Assembly: GCF_000026545.1 (NCBI RefSeq)
Contig: NC_011601.1
Length of the DNA: 64,000 bases
DNA from: Escherichia coli O127:H6 str. E2348/69
GTDB lineage: Bacteria > Pseudomonadota > Gammaproteobacteria > Enterobacterales > Enterobacteriaceae
Direction: 5' to 3' (one strand)
Under the pieces are notes generated by a model that was given only the letters and a program-made list of their open reading frames with translations, was not told the DNA's origin and ran no database searches. Positions within the stretch are counted from its first letter, which is position 1, and each line of letters starts with the position of its first letter. Position numbers and translations under genes: made by a program. Below are positions 48,457-64,000 of this stretch, piece after piece.

Positions 48457-50286
48457 TTACTCAACCGTAACCGATTTCGCCAGGTTACGCGGCTGGTCAA
48501 CGTCTGTGCCTTTGATCAGCGCAACGTGGTAAGCCAGTAGTTGCAGCGGAACGGTGTAGAAGATCGGTGCAATCACCTCTTCCACATGCGGCATCTCAAT
48601 AATGTGCATATTGTCACTGCTCACAAAACCCGCATCCTGATCGGCGAAGACATACAACTGACCGCCACGCGCGCGAACTTCTTCAATGTTGGATTTCAGT
48701 TTTTCCAGCAATTCGTTGTTCGGTGCAACGACGATAACCGGCATATCGGCATCTATCAGCGCCAGCGGACCGTGTTTCAGTTCGCCAGCAGCGTAGGCTT
48801 CAGCGTGAATGTAAGAGATCTCTTTCAGCTTCAATGCACCTTCCAGCGCGATTGGGTACTGATCGCCACGGCCCAGGAACAGCGCGTGATGTTTGTCAGA
48901 AAAATCTTCTGCCAGCGCTTCAATGCGTTTGTCCTGAGACAGCATCTGCTCAATACGGCTCGGCAGCGCCTGCAGACCATGCACGATGTCATGTTCAATG
49001 GAGGCATCCAGACCTTTCAGGCGAGACAGTTTCGCCACCAGCATCAACAACACAGTTAACTGGGTGGTGAATGCTTTGGTGGAGGCCACGCCAATTTCCG
49101 TACCGGCGTTGGTCATCAGCGCCAGATCGGATTCGCGCACCAGAGAAGAACCCGGAACGTTACAGATTGCCAGTGAACCAAGGTAACCCAGCTCTTTTGA
49201 CAGACGCAGGCCCGCCAGGGTATCCGCGGTTTCGCCAGACTGTGACAAGGTGATCATCAGGCTGTTACGGCGCACGGCAGATTTGCGATAGCGGAATTCA
49301 GAGGCGATTTCGACGTCGCACGGAATACCTGCCAGCGATTCAAACCAGTAGCGGGAAACCATACCTGAGTTATAAGAAGTACCACAGGCGAGGATCTGAA
49401 TATGCTCAACCTTCGACAGCAGTTCGTCGGCGTTCGGTCCCAGCTCGCTTAAATCAACCTGACCGTGACTGATGCGCCCGGTAAGGGTGTTTTTGATCGC
49501 GTTTGGCTGTTCGTAGATCTCTTTCTGCATGTAGTGACGGTAAATACCTTTATCGCCCGCGTCATATTGCAGATTGGATTCAATATCCTGACGTTTTACT
49601 TCCGCGCCAGTTTTATCGAAAATGTTTACCGAACGGCGAGTGATTTCCGCAATATCGCCCTCTTCAAGGAAGATAAAGCGACGAGTCACTGGCAACAGCG
49701 CCAGCTGGTCAGAAGCGATAAAGTTTTCGCCCATGCCCAGACCAATCACCAGCGGGCTACCAGAACGTGCCGCCAGCAGGGTATCCGGGTGACGAGAGTC
49801 CATGATCACTGTACCGTACGCACCACGCAGTTGCGGAATAGCACGCAGAACAGCCTCACGCAGAGTACCGCCTTGTTTCAGCTCCCAGTTCACCAGATGT
49901 GCAATCACTTCGGTGTCGGTTTCAGAAACGAAGGTATAGCCACGCGCTTTTAACTCTTCACGCAGCGGTTCATGGTTTTCGATGATGCCGTTATGCACCA
50001 CCACAATGTGTTCAGAAACATGCGGATGCGCGTTAGCTTCTGAAGGTTCACCGTGGGTCGCCCAGCGAGTATGAGCAATACCGGTGCCGCCATGCAGAGG
50101 ATGTTCTTCCGCTGCCTGAGCCAGCATCTGGACTTTACCGAGGCGACGCAGGCGGGTCATATGACCTTCTGCATCAACAACGGCCAGACCGGCAGAGTCA
50201 TATCCGCGGTATTCAAGACGACGTAAACCTTCAAGAAGAATTTCTGCTACATCACGTTGCGCGATCGCGCCAACAATTCCACACAT
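48457..50286 (-). CDS. glmS: glutamine--fructose-6-phosphate aminotransferase
   Basis: 609-aa [36 protein letters not shown]... Confidence 0.97.
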   Translation of the reverse strand: MCGIVGAIAQRDVAEILLEGLRRLEYRGYDSAGLAVVDAEGHMTRLRRLGKVQMLAQAAEEHPLHGGTGIAHTRWATHGEPSEANAHPHVSEHIVVVHNGIIENHEPLREELKARGYTFVSETDTEVIAHLVNWELKQGGTLREAVLRAIPQLRGAYGTVIMDSRHPDTLLAARSGSPLVIGLGMGENFIASDQLALLPVTRRFIFLEEGDIAEITRRSVNIFDKTGAEVKRQDIESNLQYDAGDKGIYRHYMQKEIYEQPNAIKNTLTGRISHGQVDLSELGPNADELLSKVEHIQILACGTSYNSGMVSRYWFESLAGIPCDVEIASEFRYRKSAVRRNSLMITLSQSGETADTLAGLRLSKELGYLGSLAICNVPGSSLVRESDLALMTNAGTEIGVASTKAFTTQLTVLLMLVAKLSRLKGLDASIEHDIVHGLQALPSRIEQMLSQDKRIEALAEDFSDKHHALFLGRGDQYPIALEGALKLKEISYIHAEAYAAGELKHGPLALIDADMPVIVVAPNNELLEKLKSNIEEVRARGGQLYVFADQDAGFVSSDNMHIIEMPHVEEVIAPIFYTVPLQLLAYHVALIKGTDVDQPRNLAKSVTVE

Positions 50287-50447
50287 AGTTTTTGATTCCG
50301 ATTTATATCGTTGTCGGTCAACCTGTATGCCCGTTTTTTCGGGCGCCCCGAGCCTTGTAGAGAGTGGGGTTATTTTTATAGTTACTGCTTGTGGGCGGGA
50401 GATTATGTTATCTCCTCATCCCATATGACCGGATTTCCCAGCCAGAA
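50287..50447 (-). promoter_or_regulatory. glmU-glmS intergenic region (glmS 5' leader; known site of processing and sRNA-dependent control)
   Basis: 161-bp untranslated spacer inside the glmUS transcript; function assigned from established E. coli knowledge, not from a recognisable motif. Confidence 0.4.
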
Positions 50448-51818
50448 TTACTTTTTCTTTACCGGACGACGCCAGCCTTCTTTTTGAGCCTGCGGCACAC
50501 GGCTGATCGCCAGGGCGTTTTCGCCGATATTACGCGTCACAGTTGTACCCGCAGCAATGGTCGCGCCTTTGCCTACTGTTACCGGGGCCACCAGCTGAGT
50601 GTCGGAACCGACAAACACATCGTCACCGATAATGGTCTTAAATTTATTCGCACCATCGTAGTTGCAGGTAATGGTTCCCGCGCCGATGTTAACGTTATCG
50701 CCAATTTCCGCATCGCCCAGGTAAGTCAGATGACCAGCTTTCGAGCCTTTACCCAGACGCGCTTTTTTCATCTCAACGAAGTTACCGACGTGTGCACCTT
50801 CCAGCAACTCAGCACCAGGACGCAGACGGGCAAACGGGCCAATAGTACAGGCCGCTGCCAGATTCGCATCTTCCACGACGGTATACGGACTGATTTCGCA
50901 ATCATCGCCAATCACGCTGTTTTTAATCACGCAACCGGCGCCGATTTTCACGCGATGACCGAGAGTCACGTTGCCCTCGATGATAACGTTAGTATCAATT
51001 TCAACATCGCGCCCGTGAGTAAGCGTACCGCGCAGATCAAAACGCGCCGGATCGCGCAGCATAACGCCTGCTAACAGCAGTTTTTCAGCCTGTTCGGACT
51101 GGTAAACGCGCTCCAGTCGGGAGAGTTGCAGGCGGTTATTCACGCCTTCTACTTCGCTTAAACGTTGCGGATGAACGGCGACGATTTCACGTCCTTCCTG
51201 ATACGCCAGCGCAATAATGTCGGTGATGTAGTATTCGCCCTGAGCATTATTGTTGGTCAGCTTCGCCAGCCAGCGTTTCATATCTGCGCCGTTGGCAATC
51301 AGAATGCCGGTGTTGATCTCCTGAATCTGACGCTGCTCGTCGGTGGCATCTTTGTGCTCAACAATGCCGGTAACTTTGCCGTTTTCACGGGTGATACGTC
51401 CATAACCGGTCGGATCATCCAGTTTTACCGTCAGCAGACCAATGCCACCCTGCGGTTTAGCATCACGCAGACGCTGGAGTGTTTCGACAGAGATCAGCGG
51501 CACGTCGCCGTAGAGCATTAAAATGTCTTCATCATCGGCAAAGAAAGGTGCGGCCTGCTGCATCGCATGACCCGTACCCAGCTGTTCTGCCTGAAGCACC
51601 CAGTTCAGGTTGTCGTTTTTCAGCGCCTGCTTAAGCAGATCGCCGCCGTGACCATACACAAGGTGAACGTGCGCTGCGCCTAATTCATTCGCAGCATCAA
51701 TGACATGCTGAACCATCGTTTTCCCGGCAAGGGTATGCAGCACTTTCGGAAGATCGGAATACATGCGCGTGCCTTTGCCTGCGGCAAGGATCACTACGCT
51801 CATAGCATTATTCAACAT
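50448..51818 (-). CDS. glmU: bifunctional GlcNAc-1-P uridyltransferase / GlcN-1-P acetyltransferase
   Basis: 456-aa [31 protein letters not shown]... Confidence 0.97.
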   Translation of the reverse strand: MLNNAMSVVILAAGKGTRMYSDLPKVLHTLAGKTMVQHVIDAANELGAAHVHLVYGHGGDLLKQALKNDNLNWVLQAEQLGTGHAMQQAAPFFADDEDILMLYGDVPLISVETLQRLRDAKPQGGIGLLTVKLDDPTGYGRITRENGKVTGIVEHKDATDEQRQIQEINTGILIANGADMKRWLAKLTNNNAQGEYYITDIIALAYQEGREIVAVHPQRLSEVEGVNNRLQLSRLERVYQSEQAEKLLLAGVMLRDPARFDLRGTLTHGRDVEIDTNVIIEGNVTLGHRVKIGAGCVIKNSVIGDDCEISPYTVVEDANLAAACTIGPFARLRPGAELLEGAHVGNFVEMKKARLGKGSKAGHLTYLGDAEIGDNVNIGAGTITCNYDGANKFKTIIGDDVFVGSDTQLVAPVTVGKGATIAAGTTVTRNIGENALAISRVPQAQKEGWRRPVKKK

Positions 51819-52119
51819 ACGCGTCCTGACTGTAATTTGAGAACGAATTTAAACCGCTTCACCTTGAAAAAACTACATTTTTTTCATCGTGAAATGAACA
51901 GAGGATAAATTGTTCAATAACGGATTATCCCCGCTGACGAAAGCGCCATTTTCGACCATCGTCACGCCTTTTGTCTGCAGAAAATTAAGGCAGTACCTTC
52001 ATTTAAGCGTCAGGTGGATGTTTTTGCTCTTATTTCGGTCAATGAATAAACGGGAAAACAGGGGTGTTTTATATCATCAGGATCTATGTGAACGCTTTTC
52101 AGGACGGGTCAATACGCGT

Positions 52120-52149
52120 AAAAAAAAGCCAGCCTGTTGCCAGACTGGC
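52120..52149 (-). terminator. intrinsic terminator of the atp operon
   Basis: Minus strand GCCAGTCTGGCAACAGGCTGGC hairpin followed by TTTTTTTT, about 25 bp 3' of atpC. Confidence 0.7.
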
Positions 52150-52171
52150 TTTTGTGCTTTTCAAGCCGGTG

Positions 52172-52591
52172 TTACATCGCTTTTTTGGTCAACTCGATAA
52201 CGCGCAGCTGCGCGATCGCTTTGGCCAGTTCCGCAGACGCCTGAGCGTAATCTACGTCGCCGTGAGAGCTGCTAATGTGCTCTTCAGCCTTACGTTTCGC
52301 TTCCATGGCTCGCGCTTCGTCGAGATCCTGGCCGCGAATTGCGGTGTCGGCCAGAACGGTCACGTTGCCAGGCTGCACTTCAAGAATGCCGCCAGACAGA
52401 TAGATAAACTCTTCGTGACCGTGCTGTTTCACGATGCGAATCATACCAGGCTTAATGGCGGTGAGCAGCGGTGCGTGGCCAGGGTAGATCCCCAGTTCAC
52501 CTTCGCTACCCGTTACCTGGATTTTCTCGACCAGACCAGAGAACATTTGTTGCTCTGCGCTGACGACGTCCAGGTGGTAAGTCATTGCCAT
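52172..52591 (-). CDS. atpC: ATP synthase F1 epsilon subunit
   Basis: 139-aa [31 protein letters not shown]... Confidence 0.97.
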
Positions 52592-52611
52592 ATCACCCTC
52601 CGATTAAGGCG

Positions 52612-54884
<2,273 letters not shown>

Positions 54885-54934
54885 GAGCTTCTCCTCAATG
54901 CCTTGCGGCCTGCCCTAAGGCAAGCCGCCAGACG

Positions 54935-56476
54935 TTACCAGGATTGGGTTGCTTTGAAGGAATCGAGGATGCCTTTCAGCTTGCCTTCGATTTCGTCGTT
55001 GTAGCCACCGGTCTGGTTGATCTCTTGCATCAACGGAGCGTGATCACGGTCGACGTAAGCCAGCAGAGCGGCTTCGAAGCTGCCGATTTTCGACAGTTCA
55101 ACATCCGCCAGGTAACCACGTTCTGCTGCGAACAGAACCAGAGACTGTTGCGCAACAGACATCGGCGCATACTGTTTCTGCTTCAGCAGTTCGGTCACTT
55201 TCTGACCGTGGTCAAGCTGCTTACGTGTTGCATCGTCAAGGTCGGATGCAAACTGAGAGAACGCTGCCAGTTCACGATACTGTGCCAGAGCGGTACGGAT
55301 ACCACCGGACAGTTTTTTCATGATCTTGGTCTGTGCTGCACCACCAACACGGGATACGGAAATACCCGGGTTAACCGCAGGACGAATACCGGCGTTGAAC
55401 AGGTTGGTTTCCAGGAAGATCTGACCATCGGTAATGGAGATTACGTTGGTCGGAACGAACGCAGAAACGTCACCCGCCTGAGTTTCGATAATCGGCAGCG
55501 CAGTCAGAGAACCGGTTTTCCCTTTCACTTCACCTTTGGTGAAAGCTTCAACGTATTCGGCGTTAACACGCGCAGCACGCTCCAGCAGACGAGAGTGGAG
55601 GTAGAATACGTCGCCCGGGAATGCTTCACGTCCTGGCGGACGACGGAGCAGCAGGGAGATCTGACGGTAAGCAACAGCCTGTTTAGACAGGTCATCGTAA
55701 ATGATCAGCGCATCTTCACCGCGGTCACGGAAGTATTCGCCCATTGCACAACCAGCGTACGGTGCCAGGTATTGCAGTGCTGCGGATTCAGACGCGGTTG
55801 CTACCACAACGATGGTGTTAGCCAGTGCGCCGTGCTCTTCCAGTTTACGTACCACGTTAGAAATGGTGGACGCTTTCTGGCCGATAGCGACATAGATACA
55901 TTTGATACCGGAATCGCGCTGGTTGATGATGGCATCGATAGCCAGTGCGGTTTTACCGGTCTGACGGTCACCGATGATCAATTCACGCTGACCACGACCG
56001 ATTGGGATCATGGAGTCAACAGCTTTATAACCGGTCTGTACCGGCTGATCTACGGACTGACGTTCGATAACGCCCGGAGCGATTGCTTCTACAGCAGAGA
56101 AGCCGTCGTGATCCAGCGGACCTTTACCGTCGATTGGTGCACCCAGAGTGTTAACCACACGGCCCAGTAGGCCACGGCCAACCGGAACTTCCAGGATACG
56201 GCCAGTACACTTAACTTTCATGCCTTCGGCAAGGTCAGCGTACGGACCCATAACAACCGCACCTACAGAGTCGCGCTCGAGGTTCAGTGCGATAGCGTAA
56301 CGGTTACCCGGCAGGGAGATCATTTCACCCTGCATACAATCGGCCAGGCCGTGAATGCGGATAACACCGTCACTTACAGAAACAATAGTACCTTCGTTGT
56401 GAGCTTCACTCACAACATTGAACTGAGCAATGCGCTGCTTGATCAGTTCGCTGATTTCGGTGGAATTCAGTTGCAT
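54935..56476 (-). CDS. atpA: ATP synthase F1 alpha subunit
   Basis: 513-aa [37 protein letters not shown]... Confidence 0.98.
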
Positions 56477-56488
56477 GCTCCAGTCCCC

Positions 56489-57022
56489 TTAAGACTGCAA
56501 GACGTCTGCAAGGCGCTCAAGACGACCGCGTACGCTGCCATCAATGACCATATCACCCGCTCGGATGATAACGCCTGCCATTACAGACTTATCGATTTTG
56601 CAATTCAGCTTAACTTTGCGTGACAGACGTTTTTCCATCGCAGCAGAAATTTTCGCGAGCTGTTGTTCACTCAGTGCGGCAGCGGAAATGACGTCTACCT
56701 CAGCGGTAGCCTCACTCACGGCACGCAGGTGAATAAACTGCTCCAGAACATCCGGGAGCGCGTTAAGACGACCATTTTCAGCCATTACCCGAATCAGGTT
56801 CTGACCGTTTTCGTCCAGTTGCTCACCACAAACTGCGATAAACGACTCGGCGAGCGTTTCTGGCGCAAGCGCGCCAGAGAGAAGCTCTGCCATTTGTTCG
56901 TTTTTGGTTACCTCGGCGGCAAACGCCAGCATGTCCTGCCAGCGTTCTACACTTTGGTGTTCGACGGCAAAGTCAAAAGCTGCTTTGGCGTAGGGGCGAG
57001 CTACCGTAATAAATTCAGACAT
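56489..57022 (-). CDS. atpH: ATP synthase F1 delta subunit
   Basis: 177-aa [35 protein letters not shown]... Confidence 0.97.
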
Positions 57023-57036
57023 CAGCCCCTCCCTCC

Positions 57037-57507
57037 TTACAGTTCAGCGACAAGTTTATCCACGATGTCGCTGTTAGCAGCTTCATCCACGGAACGTTCG
57101 ATGATCTTCTCGGCGCCAGCAACAGCCAGGATAGCAACTTGCTTACGCAGCTCTTCACGGGCACGTTTACGCTCGGCTTCAATTTCCGCCTGCGCCTGGG
57201 CCACGATTTTAGTACGTTCCTGTTCTGCCTCAGCTTTCGCTTCGTCCAGAATCTGCGAGCGGCGTTTGTTCGCCTGCTCGATGATTACCTGGGCTTCCGC
57301 TTTCGCTTTTTTCAGCTGGTCGGTCGCGCTGGCCTTTGCAAGGTCAAGGTCCTTATGTGCTCGTTCTGCGGAAGCAAGGCCGTCAGCAATTTCTTTTTGA
57401 CGTTTTTCGATGGCTGCCATTAATGGCGGCCATACGTACTTCATGCAGAACAGAACGAACAGGACAAACGCGATGGCCTGGCCGAGGATTGTTGCGTTAA
57501 GATTCAC
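57037..57507 (-). CDS. atpF: ATP synthase Fo b subunit
   Basis: 156-aa [43 protein letters not shown]... Confidence 0.97.
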
Positions 57508-57551
57508 AGCACAATGCCTCTATTTAGTTAACGTTCTGATATTGCTCTTTA

Positions 57552-57826
<275 letters not shown>

Positions 57827-57854
57827 TCAGTTAAAACGTAGTAGTGTTGGTAAA

Positions 57855-59059
<1,205 letters not shown>

Positions 59060-59543
59060 CACGTTTTTCACTCCTGCTCCCTTCGAGGTATGCCGCGTGT
59101 CGTATAAAACTTTCTTTAAGGCTTAGAGTCAAGCATCAAAAAGCGGTCAAATTATACGGTGCGCCCCCGTGATTTCAAACAATAAGTAGCCAAAAGGTGA
59201 ATAAATGTTTAAATATTTTTCCAGTGCATACAATTGCGACTTTTCTGCAAACCCTGTTCGATCATGAAAAACTGTAAATAACGCGTAAACACTGGTGATA
59301 AAGCGTGCTTCAGATCACATATTGCGCATGTTCGCGCACAGCATATTTATTTACTTGGCAAATGATGCCTTTGCAAGTTTATGATATTTCAGTCTAAAAA
59401 CAGATACTGTTTTAATAAATGACATTTACATAACAAAAACCACCCATTGACATTTTTAATAATGTTTTAACAGCCAATGATGATTCTTAGCGCCGATTTT
59501 TAGCAGACTGATATTTTCACTTATGACTTATTTTCTGCTTACC

Positions 59544-59588
59544 AAAAAAAGCCACGTTATCTTGTTGATACAAAAGAGTGAACGTGGC
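59544..59588 (-). terminator. putative terminator downstream of rsmG
   Basis: Minus strand AACGCCACGTT...AACGTGGC inverted repeat followed by TTTTTTT; the loop is long, so confidence is low. Confidence 0.4.
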
Positions 59589-59675
59589 GTTAAATGTAAC
59601 TAGTTATATCAGTAGAAAACCTGGTTGTTGTTAACAGTCTAACCGGTCAATTTTTTATGATTTTTTTGATAAAAA

Positions 59676-60299
59676 TTAAATTTTATTTGCTTTAATCACC
59701 ACCAGATGACGTTCGCCATCCAGGGCTGGAACCTGAAGTTTAACCACTGATTCGACCTGATATTCTTCGGGCAACAAAGCGATTTCATCTTCCGGCATTT
59801 GCCCTTTCAGCGCGTAGAAACGGCCTTGCTCACCAGGAAGATGGTGGCACCAGCTCACCATATCGTTCAGAGAGGCAAAAGCGCGGCTAATTACGCCATC
59901 AAATGGCGGCTCTGACGGAAACTCTTCTACCCTGCTCTGTACTGGCTCAATATTCTCCAGTTTAAGCTCATGTTGCACCTGACGAAGGAAACGCACGCGT
60001 TTACCAAGGCTATCCAACAACGTGAAATGAGCTTCAGGACGCACGATAGAGAGTGGAATGCCAGGCAGTCCCGGTCCGGTGCCGACATCGATAAACCGTT
60101 CACCTTGCAGATACGGTGCCACCACAATGCTATCGAGAATATGGCGTACCAGCATCTCATTAGGATCGCGGACCGAAGTCAGGTTGTACGCTTTATTCCA
60201 TTTATGCAGCATATTCACGTAGGCAATAAGCTGGTTTTTCTGGTGATCGGTAAGCGAAATACCTGCGTCTTTCAGCAGTAAGGAGAGTTTGTTGAGCAC
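59676..60299 (-). CDS. rsmG: 16S rRNA m7G527 methyltransferase RsmG (GidB)
   Basis: 207-aa [49 protein letters not shown]... Confidence 0.97.
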
Positions 60300-60362
60300 G
60301 GTGATTACCTGTTCTTGATGCGTTGCCTGGTAAGCGGGTGCTTACCAGGCATTTTTAATGCG

Positions 60363-62252
60363 TTATGCGCTACGACGCAGCATACCCTGTTTTTTCAGCC
60401 ACACCAGCAGAATGGAGATAGCCGCAGGCGTGACGCCAGAAATACGCGAAGCCTGGCCAATAGAGGCCGGTTTGTGATCGTTAAGTTTGGCGATCACTTC
60501 GTTAGAAAGACCGGATACCTGGCGGTAATCCAGCGTCGCTGGTAGCAGGGTATTCTCGTTACGCAGCTGCTTTTCGATCTCATCTTGCTGGCGCGCGATA
60601 TAACCTTCGTATTTAACCTGAATCTCAACCTGTTCCGCCGCCTGTTCGTCTGTCAACGCAGGGGCAAACGGTGTCAGCGAGGTTAATTTTTCATAAGTCA
60701 TTTCAGGACGACGCAGCAGATCTTCACCACTTGCTTCACGGGAAAGCGGCGCAGTCAGGTGAGCATTCACTTCGGCTGCAGCTTCCGCCGACGGGGTTAC
60801 CCAGGTTGATTTCAGACGCTGACGCTCACGCTCGATATTCTCAAGTTTCTCGTTAAAGCGCGCCCAACGTTCGTCATCCACCAGGCCCAGTTCACGACCG
60901 ATTTCAGTCAAACGCAGATCCGCATTATCTTCGCGCAGCATCAGACGATATTCTGCGCGCGAGGTAAACATACGATACGGTTCTTTGGTTCCTAAAGTGC
61001 ACAGGTCATCAACCAGTACGCCGAGATATGCCTGAGAACGCGCCGGAGCCCAACCTTCTTTGTCAGCAGACAGACGAGCAGCGTTAAGACCAGCCAGCAA
61101 ACCTTGCGCAGCGGCTTCTTCGTAACCGGTAGTGCCGTTAATCTGACCAGCAAAGAACAGCCCCTGGATAAACTTGCTCTCCAGCGTCGGTTTCAGGTCG
61201 CGTGGATCGAAGAAGTCATACTCAATGGCATAACCCGGACGCACGATCTTCGCGTTTTCCATCCCCTGCATGGAGCGGACGATTTGCATCTGCACATCGA
61301 ACGGCAGGCTGGTGGAGATACCGTTCGGATAAATTTCGTTAGAGGTCAGCCCTTCCGGTTCAAGGAAGATCTGATGCTGATTTCTGTCGGCAAAGCGCAT
61401 GACTTTGTCTTCGATCGACGGGCAGTAGCGTGGGCCGACACCTTCGATCACCCCTGCGTACATTGGGCTACGATCGAGGTTACTGCGGATCACATCATGG
61501 GTTTTCTCGTTGGTATGAGTGATATAACACGGCACCTGCTGGGGATGCTGGGACGCATTGCCCATAAACGAGAATACCGGCATTGGGTTATCGCCATGCT
61601 GTTGCGCCAGTACGCTAAAGTCGATGGTTCGAGCATCAATACGCGGTGGTGTCCCGGTTTTCAGACGACCAACTCGCAGCGGCAGTTCACGCAAACGGCG
61701 AGAAAGCGGAATGGACGGCGGATCACCAGCACGGCCACCGCTGTAGTTATCCAGACCGATATGAATTTTACCGTCGAGGAACGTCCCAACGGTGAGCACG
61801 ACAGCTTTGGCACGGAACTTCAGTCCCATTTGGGTAACGGCACCGACCACGCGATCGTTTTCGACAATAAGATCTTCAACCGCCTGCTGGAAGATCATCA
61901 GGTTCGGTTGGTTCTCCAGCGCCGTACGTACCGCCTGACGGTAGAGCACACGATCCGCTTGAGCTCGGGTAGCGCGAACCGCCGGTCCCTTGCTTGCGTT
62001 TAGTATCCTAAACTGGATACCCGCCTGATCGATCGCTTTCGCCATCAGACCGCCGAGTGCATCCACTTCTTTTACCAGATGTCCCTTCCCAATACCGCCG
62101 ATCGCCGGGTTGCAGCTCATCTGCCCCAGAGTGTCAATATTGTGTGTCAAAAGCAGAGTCTGTTGACCCATACGCGCCGCGGCCATCGCGGCCTCGGTGC
62201 CTGCATGACCCCCGCCAATGATGATGACGTCAAAAGGATCCGGATAAAACAT
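60363..62252 (-). CDS. mnmG: tRNA uridine 5-carboxymethylaminomethyl modification enzyme MnmG (GidA)
   Basis: 629-aa [32 protein letters not shown]... (FAD-binding GGGHAG). Confidence 0.98.
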   Translation of the reverse strand: MFYPDPFDVIIIGGGHAGTEAAMAAARMGQQTLLLTHNIDTLGQMSCNPAIGGIGKGHLVKEVDALGGLMAKAIDQAGIQFRILNASKGPAVRATRAQADRVLYRQAVRTALENQPNLMIFQQAVEDLIVENDRVVGAVTQMGLKFRAKAVVLTVGTFLDGKIHIGLDNYSGGRAGDPPSIPLSRRLRELPLRVGRLKTGTPPRIDARTIDFSVLAQQHGDNPMPVFSFMGNASQHPQQVPCYITHTNEKTHDVIRSNLDRSPMYAGVIEGVGPRYCPSIEDKVMRFADRNQHQIFLEPEGLTSNEIYPNGISTSLPFDVQMQIVRSMQGMENAKIVRPGYAIEYDFFDPRDLKPTLESKFIQGLFFAGQINGTTGYEEAAAQGLLAGLNAARLSADKEGWAPARSQAYLGVLVDDLCTLGTKEPYRMFTSRAEYRLMLREDNADLRLTEIGRELGLVDDERWARFNEKLENIERERQRLKSTWVTPSAEAAAEVNAHLTAPLSREASGEDLLRRPEMTYEKLTSLTPFAPALTDEQAAEQVEIQVKYEGYIARQQDEIEKQLRNENTLLPATLDYRQVSGLSNEVIAKLNDHKPASIGQASRISGVTPAAISILLVWLKKQGMLRRSA

Positions 62253-62339
62253 GGTGATTGCCTCGCATAACGCGGTATGAAAATGGATTGAAGCCCGGGC
62301 CGTGGATTCTACTCAACTTTGTCGGCTTGAGAAAGACCT

Positions 62340-62620
62340 GGGATCCTGGGTATTAAAAAGAAGATCTATTTATTTAGAGATCTGTTCTATTGTGATCTCT
62401 TATTAGGATCGCACTGCCCTGTGGATAACAAGGATCCGGCTTTTAAGATCAACAACCTGGAAAGGATCATTAACTGTGAATGATCGGTGATCCTGGACAG
62501 TATAAGCTGGGATCAGAATGAGGGGTTATACACAACTCAAAAACTGAACAACCGTTGTTCTTTGGATAACTACCGGTTGATCCAAGCTTCCTGACAGAGT
62601 TACCCACAGTGGATCGCACG
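62340..62620. other. oriC: chromosomal replication origin oriC
   Basis: Three AT-rich 13-mers GATCTATTTATTT / GATCTGTTCTATT / GATCTCTTATTAG at about 62363..62406; DnaA boxes R1 TGTGGATAA (62420..62428), R2 TTATACACA (62526..62534), R3 (about 62561..62569) and R4 TTACCCACA (62600..62608); dense GATC sites; sits between mnmG and mioC. Confidence 0.95.
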
Positions 62621-62630
62621 ATCTGTATAC

Positions 62631-63074
62631 TTATTTGAGTAAATTAATCCACGATCCCAGCCATTCTTCTGCCGGATCTTCCGGAATGTCGTGATCAAGA
62701 ATGTTGATCTTCAGTGTTTCGCCTGTCTGTTTTGCACCGGAATTTTTGAGTTCTGCCTCGAGTTTATCGATAGCCCCACAAAAGGTGTCATATTCACGAC
62801 TACCAATACCGATTGCGCCAAAGCGGACCGCAGAAAGATCGGGCTTCTGTTCCTGCAATGCTTCATAGAAAGGAGAAAGGTTGTCCGGAATATCTCCGGC
62901 ACCGTGGGTTGAGGTGATAACCAGCCAGATCCCCGAGGCAGATAAATCTTCCAACAGCGGACCGTGCAGCGTTTCGGTGGTAAAACCCGCCTCTTCCAGC
63001 TTTTCAGCCAGGTGTTCTGCTACATATTCGGCACCGCCGAGGGTGCTGCCGCTGATAAGAGTGATATCTGCCAT
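62631..63074 (-). CDS. mioC: flavodoxin-like FMN-binding protein MioC
   Basis: 147-aa ORF MADITLISGSTLGGAEYVAEHLAEKLEEAGF... Confidence 0.95.
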   Translation of the reverse strand: MADITLISGSTLGGAEYVAEHLAEKLEEAGFTTETLHGPLLEDLSASGIWLVITSTHGAGDIPDNLSPFYEALQEQKPDLSAVRFGAIGIGSREYDTFCGAIDKLEAELKNSGAKQTGETLKINILDHDIPEDPAEEWLGSWINLLK

Positions 63075-63163
63075 AAACCGCCACCTTTATTAAGAGTGGC
63101 GTATTGTACGCTGTGAACGCGTTGGGATCTACCTGTGGAAAAGTATGGGATTAAAAAAGCCGA

Positions 63164-63622
63164 TCAGGGCTTAATGGTACGCATGATCGGGTTCTGCAGG
63201 ACGATCAGTGTCTCGGTGGACTGAATTTCATCAATTGTTTGGATCTTGTTGATAAGTACATGCTGGAGAGCATCGATCGAACGGCACATCACTTTTATAA
63301 AGATGCTGTAGTGGCCGGTTGTGTAATAGGCTTCAGTGACTTCATCGAGGCTTTCCAGCTTTGCCAGCGCGGAAGGATAGTCTTTGGCGCTCTTTAATAT
63401 AATGCCGATAAAGCAGCCTACGTCATAACCAAGCTGCTTCGGACTGACATCAATACGCGCCCCGGTAATGATCCCCGCCTGCTTCATTTTCTCTACTCGA
63501 ACGTGAATCGTCCCCGGACTGACGCCAAATTGTTTCGCCAGTTCGGCGTAAGCGGTGCGCGCATTGCCCATTAATGCTTCCAGGATGCCTCGGTCCAGAT
63601 TGTCGATCAGATAATTTTCCAT
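63164..63622 (-). CDS. asnC: Lrp/AsnC-family regulator AsnC
   Basis: 152-aa ORF MENYLIDNLDRGILEALMGNARTAYAELAKQFGVSPGTIHVRVEKM... Confidence 0.95.
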   Translation of the reverse strand: MENYLIDNLDRGILEALMGNARTAYAELAKQFGVSPGTIHVRVEKMKQAGIITGARIDVSPKQLGYDVGCFIGIILKSAKDYPSALAKLESLDEVTEAYYTTGHYSIFIKVMCRSIDALQHVLINKIQTIDEIQSTETLIVLQNPIMRTIKP

Positions 63623-63773
63623 AGGATTTTCTTATGCGGATTGATGATTCATTCTATTTTAGCCTTCTTTTTTAATGAATCAAAAGCACGTAAGGCTTTT
63701 TATTGAATGATTATTGCATGTGTGTCGGTTTTTGTTGCTTAATCATAAGCAACAGGACGCAGGAGTATAAAAA
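63623..63773. promoter_or_regulatory. divergent asnC / asnA promoter region
   Basis: 150-bp intergenic region between divergently oriented asnC and asnA. Confidence 0.5.
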
Positions 63774-64000
63774 ATGAAAACCGCTTACATTGCCAAACAA
63801 CGTCAAATTAGCTTCGTGAAATCTCACTTTTCTCGTCAACTGGAAGAACGTCTGGGGCTGATCGAAGTCCAGGCGCCGATTCTTAGCCGTGTGGGGGATG
63901 GCACGCAGGATAATTTGTCGGGCTGTGAAAAAGCGGTGCAGGTAAAAGTGAAAGCTCTGCCTGATGCCCAGTTCGAAGTGGTTCATTCACTGGCGAAGTG
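63774..64000 (+). CDS. asnA: aspartate--ammonia ligase AsnA (5' part; continues beyond window)
   Basis: Manual translation from the ATG at 63774: [50 protein letters not shown]...; ORF open to window end. Confidence 0.9.

Noticed and set aside
54944-56170. 408-aa plus-strand ORF
   Set aside because: Antisense to atpA; no start context or recognisable domain; shadow ORF.
59072-59675. 600-bp AT-rich intergenic region considered as a possible acquired segment or hidden small gene
   Set aside because: Position and composition match the atp operon promoter/upstream region between rsmG and atpI; it contains only a terminator-like hairpin and no ORF with a credible RBS.
61104-62003. 299-aa plus-strand ORF
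   Set aside because: Antisense to mnmG; shadow ORF.

Overview
This window is the Escherichia coli chromosomal replication-origin region, colinear with the K-12 map from yidE through oriC to asnA. Gene order: (AraC-family regulator 3' end)-yidE-ibpB-ibpA-yidQ-yidR-cbrA-dgoT-dgoD-dgoA-dgoK-dgoR-yidX-yidA-yidB-gyrB-recF-dnaN-dnaA-rpmH-rnpA-yidD-yidC-mnmE-tnaC-tnaA-tnaB-mdtL-yidZ-yieE-yieF-adeP-yieH-cbrB-yieK-yieL-bglH-bglB-bglF-bglG-phoU-pstB-pstA-pstC-pstS-glmS-glmU-atpCDGAHFEBI-rsmG-mnmG-oriC-mioC-asnC-asnA(5' part). Gene identities were assigned by reading the six-frame translations and recognising the proteins from memory; no database search was run. I found no novel multi-gene system (no defence island, CRISPR array, prophage or toxin-antitoxin pair): every long ORF is either a known core gene or antisense to one. 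The noteworthy features are strain-specific lesions: (1) a ~1.55 kb IS50-family insertion sequence with an intact Tn5-like transposase splits dgoD and is flanked by an 8-bp direct repeat; (2) a 1-bp deletion frameshifts the start of tnaB; (3) an in-frame TAA truncates yieK; (4) the oriC R4 DnaA box reads TTACCCACA rather than the consensus TTATCCACA; (5) cbrC and the glv/yidP block appear absent relative to my recollection of K-12. Manually derived coordinates for small elements may be off by 1-2 bp.
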